Positions 11,652 to 23,706 of a DNA stretch of 62,387 bases are shown piece after piece. A program made the translations under genes and the position numbers. Source of the DNA: Nemertoderma westbladi (taxonomy: Eukaryota; Animalia; Xenacoelomorpha); NCBI GenBank assembly GCA_032718475.1, contig JAUCBJ010008134.1, positions 1 through 62,387 of the forward strand. Reading direction: 5' to 3'. The notes below the pieces were generated by a model, which saw only the letters and a list, made by a program, of their open reading frames with translations, ran no database searches and was not told the origin of the DNA. How positions within the stretch are numbered: position 1 is the stretch's first letter; every line of letters begins with the position of its first letter.

Positions 11652-12389
11652 TATGGCTCGGCCTCGGTCGGGCAGCCAGTCCTTGCTTCAGTAGTCCTTG
11701 GCTATACCGTACCTCTACACAAAATATATAGGCCTACTCCATTTTCACTCACATATTACTGTATTATGGGTAAGCCTGTCAGACTATTGCGTATACCTGT
11801 ATATGGCTGCAATGGTAGAGTAGGCCTAATCCTTGGTATGTATAATATACTAAAAACAGAAAAAGCTGAAAACCCTGGAAAATGGCTGGAAACACCTGGA
11901 AACAGGGTATTAGTACGATTGAACAAACAATTTAGCCAAATAATCATGACATCAGATAATTAATGGCTTAATGCAGTACTAACGTACTAATACTTTAATA
12001 CCTGGAAACATCTACAGCTCTGCAGCTAGAATAAACACCGAGGAGTTTCATAAAGACCGGAAACTATTAATTTCAAAGTAACAACAACGTAAGCTTTGCA
12101 TATTATCCATATTATAATCTTTGATTAATATTATATTATATCATAGCAAGCTACTATACTTCACGGTACCAGTAATGTTCAGTACCTTTTCGGTAGGCAG
12201 TTAGGTTAGCAGTCTGACAGTTCGTTTGAGCTGCGTTCTGGCAGCAGTCTGCACGTGTAGGTATATTACAGGTAGAGTTAGCGGTACCACCAGCTGCAGA
12301 CAAACTTGGTGGCGTTAGGTTCCCAATGTCCTTAGAGTTTTATCCAGTTTATGGGTATAATTTATACAACGCAATAACAGAATCTAACA

Positions 12390-14060
12390 CCCCCACTTGT
12401 CATAATTCACCCATAACTGCGAAACCAGTTTATAGTTGGTATAATCTTGTCACTTTGATTCTGATAGTCCCATATCTCCTTTCGCATCATAGTGGTCTTC
12501 TCCTTTGGAAGCCCCTTTGTTAGAATGTCGGCCCACATATATTCAGTTGAGCGGTAGATGATAGATATTGACACATTTCTAACCAACTTTCTTATGTGGT
12601 GGTGCTTAATATCGATATGTTTAGATCGGTGTTGGGTGACAGGGTTCATTCCCATCGCAATAGCCCCTTGATTATCCTCGAATATGGTCGTACCATCTCC
12701 CTGTGGTATCTTCATCTCAGCTAAGAGTGATCGAATCGCAACTGCCTCTTGTCCTGCTTGTGACAGAGCATCAAATTCTGCATCTGATATAGACCATGCA
12801 ACACTCTGTTGTTTTCGTGAAGCCGATGATATGGCTCCCCCATGTTTGGTTAATTTGAAGATATAGCCTCTGCCTCATGTTGACTTGCAGTCATTGATAT
12901 GTCCAACATAATCAGCATCGCTGTATGCGTGTAGTTTGAGGCCACCTGGGTCATTCCTGGAGGCCAGTTTCTCATCGATTGTCCCCTTCAGGTATCTTAC
13001 ACACTTCTTGGCAGCGGCTCAGTGTTGTTCATTTGGGTTGGAACAGAACATTGCCAGTGTACTTACTGTGAATGATATATCAGGTCGTATATTGCCGGAT
13101 ATGTATAATCCTCTCACTAATGACTTGTACTTTGCTGCCAAGTCATTGTTTACTGGATCTGTATGTTTCTTCAATACGTTACCTTAGGTAAGCGGTGTAC
13201 CCAATGTCTTGCAGTCTGCTATTGCTAACCCGAGCTTATTGGCCAGTTGCTCAATGTAGCTACATTGGTCAATGGTAATGATGCCCTCACTTGGGTGTAG
13301 CACTCTCATTCCAAGAAACCACCTTAGTTCACCTCGATCATCAATCTTGAAGCGTTTACACACTGCCTCTATTACTCTCTGTGTGGAATCTGGGGTTCCA
13401 GCTACTACTGTACTACGTCATCCACCCAAATTAAAACCAACATTCGTTCAGCATTCTGGCGGTTATCCATGTATAGACAATTTTTTTTAGACAAGATTTA
13501 CAACGCAAGCAAACAGTCGGCTGAGGCCGGAGGCGACCCGAAGGCTCCTCTTTCGATAGCTGCTACCCGAGGGTAGGGGTGGGCGCTACTCCTATCCCAT
13601 GATTTGCTCCCAGTAATTTAACTGGTACTCATTTTATCCACCCCAGTGGATGAAAGGCTGAGTGGAACCTGGCTGGCGGGGCTGAACCTACAACCACTAG
13701 ATTGCAGGCCCGGAGCTCAACCAACTGAGCTACCCCGCCGCCGATTTACAACGAGTCAGGCCATAACCCACCAGAAACTCATTGAGTTCATCATTCCAGT
13801 TCGCGCCTGTTTGTTTAAGCCCATACAGATATTTATTTAACTTGCAATATGGGTTGATACCTTGTTGTCCATGTTTTTCAAAACCTTGTGGTTGCTTCAC
13901 ATATATTTCCTCCTTCACGTTGCTCTGCAAGTAGGCTGACTTCACATCAATTTGTCGTATGGTTAGGTTCTCCTGAGCAGCAACAGCTATCAGTATTTTC
14001 ACTTCTTCTCGTTTGTAGGGTCTTAGGGCGAATGTTTCTTTGTAGTCAACACCAGCAACT
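12390..14060 (-). pseudogene. Ty1/Copia RT-RNase H remnant
   Basis: QIDVKSAYL..EEIYVKQPQGF..YGLKQ and IFEDNQGAI..RSKHIDIK..DILTKGL; PPT-like AGTGGGGG then TGTTAG at 12389. Confidence 0.9.
13506..13742 (-). mobile_element. tRNA-derived SINE inserted in the Copia RT
   Basis: A-box TAGCTCAGTTGG, B-box-like GGTTCAGCCC, central CTCAGCCTTTCATCC..GATAAAATGAGTACCAG; 11-bp TSD GATTTACAACG at 13495-13505 and 13743-13753. Confidence 0.85.
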
Positions 14061-14462
14061 TGTGAGAATCCCTTGTTTGCTACATAATAACTTTCGTAGT
14101 TTCATACAACCGCGACCGTACGTAGCACACTCTGTGTCTTTAAATGAATCGCCAATAACATATTTAATAAATTACCTAAACCTTTACTCTCGAATCGTAC
14201 TGGTACTGTAGGTACTGCTGGTACTGTAGTAGTGATAGTTTTCTTTTGGTTCCATTTGCTTGTCACTGTCACTATAATCTGCTCCTTTCCGTTACATCGA
14301 CATGCAACTTGCGCCCTTATATAATCTATTTATTATATTTACAACGATATAATATATATATATATATATATACGAAATTTATAATAGTGAAGAGCTTGAG
14401 ATACCTTAACCTACTGCCACCTGTATTTAATTTATTGATTAAGTTTTACTGAAGATTTGATA

Positions 14463-15971
14463 ATGGATCAGCATATTAATTTATTGAAAGAGGAATCATC
14501 TGGTGCCGGAATAGTTATAAAGAAAGAACCAACAGACTTTATAATTATAAGGAGAGAACCAACAGACTATACCCCCTATTATCTTGATGTTAATCAAGAA
14601 AACTGCGTTTACGGATCATCTCCCATCGAAGATCACAACAATTTGTTCGGTAGAGTAAATGTTGTCCCTGTACTAGATGACGAAGATATTTCTTATGAAC
14701 CATCTGGAGATTCTTTTATTGTTGAAAAACGGGAAAACGACGGCCCAGACTGTTCTTATGGTAGGCCTATTGGAACTGAAAGTACAGAAGCGACAATCAG
14801 TTGTGCAACAACAGAATCAGGTAGTTCTAATGAAACGGTTGGGGAGTTGGTATCTTCTTCAGACACCGGTTCCTGTTTGCATTGCAATGAATTATTTAAT
14901 AACAAAGGGAATTTAGAGAGACATATAGAATCCGTTCATAAAGACGTCAAGAATAAGTATAAATGCGATTATTGTGAGAAACTGTTTAAAATGGAAAATT
15001 ATGTAAAGAAGCATGTTGACGCTACCCATAAAGATATCAAACATAAGTGCGGTTATTGTAATAAAGAATTCAGCCGGCAAAGAATTTTAAACACCCACGT
15101 TAACTTTGTCCACAAAGGTATCATCAAGTATAGCTGCTCCGAATGTGGAAAATCATTTGATAAAAAAGACAAACTAAAACAACATGTCGACTCTATACAT
15201 AAAGATATCAAACATAAGTGCGGTTATTGTAATAAAGAATTCAGTCAGCTAACGTATCTAAACATCCATATCAACTACTCCCATAAAGATATCAAGTTCA
15301 ACTGTTTTCATTGTGGAAAATCATTTGCTAGAAAATGCCAACTAAAACAACATATCGAATCCGTTCACAAAGATATAAAACATAAGTGCGATTATTGTAA
15401 TAAAGAATTCAGCCGGCAAAGTAGTCTAAACACCCACGTTAACTTTGTCCACAAAGGTATCATCAAGTATAGCTGCTCCGAATGTGGAAAATCATTTGCT
15501 ACAAAAGCCGAACTAAAACAACATGTCAACTCTATACATAAAGATGTCAAACATAAGTGCGGATATTGTCATAAAGAATTCAGTTACAAACACGTACTAA
15601 ATCAACATGTCGACTCTATACATAAAGATATCAAATATAAGTGCGGATATTGTAATAAAGAATTCAGTCAGCAAGGCAGTCTAAACACCCATATTAACTT
15701 TGCCCACAAAGGTATCATCAAGTATAGCTGCTCCGATTGTGGAAAATCATTTGCTAGAAAAGCCGCACTAAAAAAACATGTCGACTCTATACATAAAGAT
15801 ATCAAACATAAGTGTGGTTATTGTAATAAAGAATTCCGTTACAAACACGACCTAAAACGGCATTTCGACAGTATACATAAAGATGTCAAACATAAGTGCG
15901 GTTATTGTAATAAAGAATTCAATCAGAAAGGGAACCTAAACACACATTTAAATTCTGTCCATAAATCTTAA
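14463..15971 (+). CDS. C2H2 zinc-finger protein with 13 tandem fingers
   Basis: Uninterrupted ORF; 13 C-x2-C-x12-H-x4-H units; acidic N-terminus with IKKEP/IRREP; an upstream exon cannot be excluded. Confidence 0.9.
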   Translation: MDQHINLLKEESSGAGIVIKKEPTDFIIIRREPTDYTPYYLDVNQENCVYGSSPIEDHNNLFGRVNVVPVLDDEDISYEPSGDSFIVEKRENDGPDCSYGRPIGTESTEATISCATTESGSSNETVGELVSSSDTGSCLHCNELFNNKGNLERHIESVHKDVKNKYKCDYCEKLFKMENYVKKHVDATHKDIKHKCGYCNKEFSRQRILNTHVNFVHKGIIKYSCSECGKSFDKKDKLKQHVDSIHKDIKHKCGYCNKEFSQLTYLNIHINYSHKDIKFNCFHCGKSFARKCQLKQHIESVHKDIKHKCDYCNKEFSRQSSLNTHVNFVHKGIIKYSCSECGKSFATKAELKQHVNSIHKDVKHKCGYCHKEFSYKHVLNQHVDSIHKDIKYKCGYCNKEFSQQGSLNTHINFAHKGIIKYSCSDCGKSFARKAALKKHVDSIHKDIKHKCGYCNKEFRYKHDLKRHFDSIHKDVKHKCGYCNKEFNQKGNLNTHLNSVHKS

Positions 15972-17080
15972 AGTTACCGGTAATAAAAATTGTTGTATTC
16001 GTACTGAACTATATTTTTAACTGATCAAATATATACATTGATTTTCAGGTTATTAATGTTTTCAGAGATGCTGATTTTAAGGGGGGGGGGGGTGGGGTTA
16101 CCCCAAGGCGTCCTTTAATACAGGCCAATATTTATATTAAAATTTATGTAACATTACAGAACATAGTTGTTCATAGCTGTTACATAGTTGTAAAGTTGTA
16201 AACATAGTTGTTTCTTATAGTGTTATTGATTGTTTGAAAATCATGATGTTCAGAATAAATTTAAATTACATTATTTGAACGTTTCGAATTGGATAGAAAC
16301 AAATTTTATACTACCATGTTTTTGCTAATTTCATTTGTGAAAATGTTCTCAAACATAAAATATATTCAATTAAAATATATTATAACGTTCTATATTTTCC
16401 GTTTTCAAAATAAAATTAAGAATCTTAACAAAATGTTCTCTTTTTTAAAAAAAATAGAACATTTCTGCATTTCCAATCGCTAATTTCTCAGGCTACCAAA
16501 GGGGGTCAGAACCTTGATGCGCATATAAGACAATGAATGCTTGTATTTATGGATGTATGTTACCACTATATGATTTCTGCTGATTGGAATTATTTATTTC
16601 AGAAACACATTGTCATCTATATTGTAATCTATGGTTGATTAAAAAGCAATAAACACAGATATATAAACACAATAAGCATAAACCATAAAATAAATATTTT
16701 AAAAAATTTGCTCTAGAATGTTTAGAATTGTTTGTTCAAAATGTTTGGAAATGTTTGGCCTCCTCGCAGATTCAAAAACATGATGAAAACTCTTCGAACA
16801 CCCATATCTCATCAAATATCTCTAAACGAAATTAATGTTATCCCTCGCTATTTGGAAACCTGGTAAAAGTCACATTTCCATCGGTAGAGGCCTTTCTTTA
16901 AACCACTATATGGTCACGGAATTGTACCACTAATGAAATATCGGCGGAGAAACATATTTCAAATGCTTGTAGCTAAAGTTCGAAAGGGAAAATATAAATT
17001 TTGACTCACCTACACTTAAGTCGGGAGTTTAAACTATCTCTTTGAAGGGTTTTTGGAGGGGAGGGGGTGCCTGAATTAAG

Positions 17081-19250
17081 ACTACTACAGTACTAGGATC
17101 GGCATGCTGCATTGCAGCTGCATTTTCGAGAATGCTGTGCCGGCTTGACGACAAAATTGCGCCGCCACAATTCCTTATCACCCATGACATTTGCTAGATC
17201 ATTCGCATCTTCCAGGCCAGTGTCCTTTAAGATGCGTCTCAAGAAAGTCATGGCCTTTCACCATGCTTATTCACTCCATGAGGCTGCCAAAGCACAAGAT
17301 TATGCACTGACTGGTCCACACGGCGAAAGGAATGTCCTGCAAAGCGGAGGAGGCTTTGTTCTAGTGTCAAGCCTGGGGGAACCAATGAGACACCTCCAAT
17401 GTTATATAGTGTCTGGTTGGAGATGTGTGGATTGTACTTGACACAGTGAATCCGGCGTAACATTCTTGTGAATGTGCCATCCAGAGATTTGAAATGAAAA
17501 CAAATAAGTTGGTGCCAGTTCCCAAGAAAGGCAACCTAACACTCTATGGTTCTTTTCGGGGAATCTCATTGATCTCGATTGCTGCAAAGCTATACAATAG
17601 AATTCTATTAAATCGCATCAGGGATCCCATTGAGAGACTGCTCCGTGGAAATCAGAATGGGTTCTGTAAAGGTCGTGGGACCATGGAACCCATTTTGGCA
17701 CTTAGAAGGATAATTGAAGAGTTATCAAAAAAGAAAGACAGGCATCTGGCTGTTATCTTTGTTGACTTCTTCAAGGCCTTTGATTCAGTCTCCCGCTCAC
17801 GTATGTTCAGCATACTTTCATTATATGGGATTCCTGATGAAATTATTGCAGCAATCAGATCAGTTACGATGGTTCGACAACATTTGTGTCTACTGTTGAT
17901 GGTGACACAGAACCATTTGAAGTGTTATGGGGCGTCCTCCAGGGAGACACACTTGCACCATTCTTGTTCATAATTGTGGTTGACTATGTTCTACGCATGT
18001 CCTTAGATCATCATAATGACGGTGGGGTGATGATAACTCCACCTACTGGCTCCAGGAGTCGAGGAAACCCTGCCAGTACTTAACTGATCTAGACTTTGCT
18101 GATGACTTAGGAGTACTCTCAGAATCACTAGAGGGAGCCCAACGGCTCCTCCGCTCATTAGAACATGCTGCTTCTAGTGTTGGTCTTTTTATTAACTCCA
18201 GAAAGACCAAAATTTTGACAGTTAACTTTGAAAGTTCTCAGCAAGTCTCTGATCGGATGAGCATAAGCTCAAAGAATGGTATGCTTGAGCATGTGGACGA
18301 CTTCTGTTACCTGGGATCATGGATCCGGAAGTCAGATGAGGACCTTCGAATAGGTAAGGGAAAGGCATGGGCAGCCTTGAATAGGCTTTCCAGGATTTGG
18401 AAGTCACCGAGAATTAATCGGAAACTTAAGGTCCGATTATTTAGAGCAGCAGTAGTTCCAGTACTCCTCTATGGGAGTCCATGCTGGGCTCTAACTGCTG
18501 AGGATACCAAATCTCTGGATGGCACATTCACAAGAATGCTACGCCGGGTTCATTGTGTCAAGTACAATGCACACATCTCCAACCAGACACTATATAACAT
18601 TGGAGGTGTCTCATTGGTTCCCCCAAGCTTGACACTAGAACAAAATCGCCTCCGCTTTGCAGGACATTGCTTTCGCCGTGAGGACCAGCCAGTGCATAAT
18701 CTTGTACTTTGGCAGCCTCATGGAGTGAATAAGCATGGTGGACAGCCCATGACTTTCTTGAGACGCGTCTTAAAGGACACTGGTCTTGAAGATGCGGATG
18801 ATCTAGCAAATGTCATGGGTGATAGGGAGTTGTGGCGGCGCAATTTTGTCGACAAGCCGGCACAGCATTCTTAAAAATGCAGCTGCAATGCAGCATGGCG
18901 ATACTAGTAGTAGTAGCCATCCAGAGATTTAGTGTCCTCAGCAGTTGAGCTCAGCATGGGATCCCATAGATAGAGGAGTACTGGAACTACTGCTGCTCAA
19001 AATATTCGGACCTAAATTCTATGTGACTTCCAAATCCTGGAAAGCCTATTCAAGGCTGCCTATGCCTTTCCCTTACGAATTCGAAGGTCTTCACCTGACC
19101 TCCGGATCTGAACCCAGGTAACAGAAGTCGTCCTCATGCTCAAACATATCCCCCTTTGAACTATGCTCTTCCGGTCAGAGACTTGCTGAGGACTTTCATA
19201 GTTAGTTGGACTCCCTCTAGTAATTCTGAGAGTACTCCTAAGTCATCTCC
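17081..19250 (-). mobile_element. Older RTE-like LINE 3' fragment split in two (17081-17490 and 18917-19250)
   Basis: The two pieces are contiguous across the TSD and match 48620-49440; degenerate (TAG)n tail near 17081. Confidence 0.85.
17491..18916 (+). mobile_element. 5'-truncated RTE-like LINE with frameshifted RT
   Basis: VPVPKKG..RGISL..QNGF..FVDFFKAFDSV..GVLQGDTLAPFLF..FADD; (TAG)n tail; TSD CCATCCAGAGATTT at 17477-17490 and 18917-18930. Confidence 0.92.
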
Positions 19251-19684
19251 TAGGACAACTCGGGTCTGTCAATGTTCTCGTAAACAGTAATAAGACCAGC
19301 GTTGTCCAGCAACTGAGTAAACAATGCATGAGTAGTTGGATTTAATAGTGTGGAAGAAAAATAAGCGCAACGAGATGGATTGGCTGAGTTGCTGGTGGAT
19401 AAAAGATGATGGAGTAGGTTAACTAGACCTGGTAGACTCTCGGGGTCAAAGGTCACATAAGCGGCGACAATAATATCGTATACATCTCTGTCAACCGCTT
19501 GATCGCAATTAGACAAACTCCAATCAAGGGGCTGCACTCTACTGTAATTATTTTGAAGCTGATGATTCTGTTTGCATTGAGTAGACTTCGAGTTGAGGCA
19601 GTTAATGCGAATATTCTCGCGTAAATTGTCCAGAACGTTTACGCTCGCGTCCGTAAACGTGTACACCGCAGGAAGTGACTTCAT
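19250..19684 (-). pseudogene. EEF2KMT: EEF2KMT/FAM86-like methyltransferase C-terminal fragment
   Basis: YTFTD..VLDNLRENIRIN..VQPLDW..DIIVAAYVTF..STLLNPTT..F..L; the family ADVxY/F motif has lost its Asp and motif I is missing. Confidence 0.7.
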
Positions 19685-20394
19685 AAATGTAATTATACAG
19701 TACAGGCCACCAGAAAAATAAATCAGATTTCATCAAATGTGATCACACGTGAACACATTTGTTCAAGTCATCTGATTGGCAGGTCACTACTGTACTGTAC
19801 ATTAATTTAATGGCGTGTTATCTTCTAGATACCGTGTGCGGTGCGCCTGTATGTCTGATATCAGGTAGATGAGAGGCCCCCAGGGCGTAACATTGCGGAC
19901 ATGGGCTGTACTGGTAGAGAGAGAACTACATAACAAGACCACATGGAGATTCATGCAGTAGGGAGTGTGAGTAGGCCTATGGGAGTGGATGGGTATATGG
20001 ATGGAGGAGCCTAGACCATCGAATAATTAATTTAGTGCAGGGAGATGTCGCGCCATTAGTCTGACACCGAGAGGGCACATAGAAAGACCAGAATATGCCT
20101 TAACATCACTAACTATAGGCCTACTAGCACTATTAACCGCACACTATAAAGGTAAACAATATCCTTATCGAATTTCCAGCTGCAGTGAGTGACAGTTCGC
20201 GGTAAACTACAGAGAGTTTCCAGATTACTAAGCGTTTCAAAAGTATTCAAATGTATCCTTTGGCGAAAAATTTTAGTTGTTGCCAATTCAAATATGTTCA
20301 ATTGTCCCGTTCAACAACATTACATTACACTGGTTGTGGTACATATTTGATCAAATGTGTTCACATTTTAACAAATCTGCGTTTTCTGCTGGCT

Positions 20395-20670
20395 TGTACT
20401 GTACCTGATCGGGTCGAGCCATAAGCGGAGAGAATCTTTCATACACCATGTTGCTAACTTCGGTAACATTATTAATTAGAAACTTGAGGAAGTTTATAAC
20501 ATAAGTTCTCGAGGGTGGGAATTCCTTCGCTTTTGGGTGGTCCACCGTTAGTTTCAGTATAGTGTAAGGGACCGATACTTCGCTGTTGCTATGGATATTG
20601 ATGACGTCTTTAAATATTCCCGTCAACGGCCTTATAGAAAGGAAGTGTTTCGTTAACATCAATATAGATG
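20395..20670 (-). pseudogene. EEF2KMT: FAM86 N-terminal domain fragment
   Basis: FLSIRPL..ILKLTVDHPKAKEFPPSRTYVINFLKFLI..VYE resembles the FAM86 domain; correct order and strand relative to the C-terminal fragment. Confidence 0.7.
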
Positions 20671-21325
20671 GAGTACATGTTGTCTGGTTGGAGATTGGCA
20701 TTGGATGTGAGGGATAAGGGGGATCGCGACCTGCTTTCGTTGCCATGGAAATGTCAGACACCCTCCCCCAGTATCCATGACATCCCCGATCCCATCTAGG
20801 TATTCAGGAATTGATTTAAATATTTAATATGTAAGATAATAAATACCGGTAACAAACAGTAAACTTTGAGCTACTACTGTAGCATGCTACACGATGTAAG
20901 TAGCTGACAGCTGACACCAGCTTAAATTACTGTAACTTTGAATTTCCCGCGCTGTATATTTTATAAAGGCAGTGATTTTTTATGTCCTTTTATTTGACTT
21001 TTTTTGTCATTTTTTTTTTACGAATTATGCATAATGACTTTTGTTGTCCTTTTAATGACTTTTATTGTCCTTTTAATGACTTTTTATGTATGTATTTCTT
21101 CAAACTGTCAGACTGCTGATTTCTGGACTTTCAGACAGTTGATTTCACTATGCCTGTGCCAAAACATTCCACGATTCCATGATTTATAGACTATGAGATA
21201 GATTTCCATATGCGCCTGTGGTAAAAAGACTCTATATTTAATAGTTTGTGGTTTTTGTCGATAATCGATTACCACATGACGTAGCAAAACACTCATTTTA
21301 TAGCCAAAAACAATTACCAATTGAT

Positions 21326-22222
21326 GGAAAGGAGCAGGTTAAGGCCGAGTTTTCTAACCAAAACAATAAACAGTCACTTTACCAAATCAGGGATAGGAGC
21401 AGGTTACAGAGACGGGATTTTCTAACCAAAACAATAAACGATCACTTAACTAATTGAGGGAAAGGAGCAGGTTACAGAGGCGGGATTTTCTAACCAAAAC
21501 AATAAACGATCACTTAACTTATTGAGGGAAAGGAGCAGGTTACAGAGGCGGGATTTTCTAACCAAAACAATAAACGATCATTTAACTAATTGAGGGAAAG
21601 GGACAGGTTACAGAGGCGGAATTTTCTAACCAAAACAATAAACGATCACTTAACTAATTGAGGGAGAGGAGCAGGTTACAGAGGCGGGATTTTCTAACCA
21701 AAACAATAAACGATCAATTAACTAATTGAGGGAAAGGGGCACGTTACAGGGGCGGGCCTTTCTAACCAAAACAATAAACGGTCACTTTATCAATTCAGGG
21801 AAAGGAGCAGGTTACAGAGGCGGGATTTTCTAACCAAAACAATAAACGATCATTTAACTAATTGAGGGAAAGGGGCAGGTTACATAGGTGGAATTTTCTA
21901 ACCAAAACAATAAACGATCATTTAACTAATTGAGGGAAAGGAGCAGGTTACAGAGACGGCATTTTCTAACCAAAACAATAAACGATAACATTACCTACCA
22001 ATTGAGAGAAAGGAGCAGGTTACAGAGGCGGGATTTTCTAACCAAAACAATAAACGATAACATTACCAATTGAGGGAAAGGAGCAGGTACAGAGGCGGGA
22101 TTTTCTAACCAAAACAATAAACGATCACTTAACTAATTGAGGGAAAGGAACAGGTTAAGGCCGGATTTTCTAACCAAAACAATAAACAGTCACTTTACCA
22201 AATCAGGGAAAGGTGCAGGTTA
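21326..22222. repeat. Minisatellite, about 62-69 bp unit, roughly 13-14 copies
   Basis: GGAAAGGAGCAGGTTACAGAGGCGGGATTTTCTAACCAAAACAATAAACGATCACTTAACTAATTGAG. Confidence 0.95.
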
Positions 22223-23706
22223 TCCGTAACACTACTCAGACAGTAGTCATGATCCATTATTGATTGTAAAACTAATACAGTAATAGGCCTAAATTATGTG
22301 AAAGGTATATCCACATTTTCCACAATCCTGCAATCCAGTTTGGCCTATCAATTATTTAAAATTTATTAGCACAACCGGTAGACCTACCATTACCGTATTT
22401 AAATGGTAGGCTACACAGTAGGCCTATAGCAGTACCGGTGCCGGTACCGGTGCTAAAATACAGAAATACCTGCTTTATACCTACATCTGTACATACATAA
22501 TACAGCAAAATAGTGCTATATATACTAATACCGGTACTGATAGCCTGAGAGAACAGCAGTAGAGAAACCGGTAGTATGGAACCTAACATTAGACTTTTGG
22601 AGGACATAAAAAATAAAAAAAAAAGGACAAAAAAAGGATTTAAACGGACAATAAAAATTATTGCGTTTTATAAATTGCAACTATGTTAAAAAAGCAGTGG
22701 TGATTTACAGAAACAGCAAAATTATACTGGTGCTTGGTGCTTGTAGAGAACTGTATGGCTTATGTATTAGACCGATATTATTAGAAAATCCTTATTGAAA
22801 AACGTAATTACATTATTCAACAATATTATATTGATTACTTTTATTTTCCCAAATAATACATAAACATAATAAATACATTACATAATTCACAATGAAATGA
22901 TGGGCAGGAAGACTGCTTAGTACACGGTGATGGGACGAAAGAAATACCGTTGTAGTTTATTCTTACAACTCATGTAAAACCTGTAATCCCTTCTTTCTTC
23001 TCGACTCTAGAATCTCGAGCATTTGGTATCTTGGTTAGGGAAAGATGCGGCATAAACTATTACTTCGGCTCTAATGCTGCCCCCATTAATATATTTTATT
23101 TAATTTATTTTTAATTTATATAACTAAGAATCCACAAAGCGCCAGGTTATACTGTACAAGTATACATAAACTCATTGGAATCCAAAACAAACTTTAAGTG
23201 AAGTAAAGTAAATTTTTATTCGGTTGTAAGGACAGGGATTACACATTAACCTCTAGAACTAAAGTGATATTGGTGAGAGGAGGTTAGGTTATATAAAATA
23301 TCGGCGCCGTTTTTAGCTAAAAAGGTCTGACGCCAAAGAGGTTATCCCGATAAAGGATATATATATATATACAGTACAAATACTGTATACATAAAACCCT
23401 GCCGCTGTAAAGTGCTCCCCATTCCCTGAATTGTTAAAGTGATCGTTTATTGTTTTGGTAAAAAAGTAATAAGTGCAGGAATAAGTGCATGGGAATATGT
23501 GGGAATCGGTTGAAGGGGGTCAAAGGGGATATAACTCGACATGCTACTAATTTATAAGTTTCACTTTGATTCATTGATTGATTTCGTTTATGTTGCATTA
23601 AAATCAGAATCACTGAAAACATTAATAACCTTAAAATCAATGTATTTAATCAGTTACAAATATATATAGTTCACTACAAAATACAACAATTTTGTTACCG
23701 GTAACT

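Noticed and set aside
13670-13740. tRNA gene
   Set aside because: Degenerate cloverleaf followed by a SINE body and flanked by a TSD
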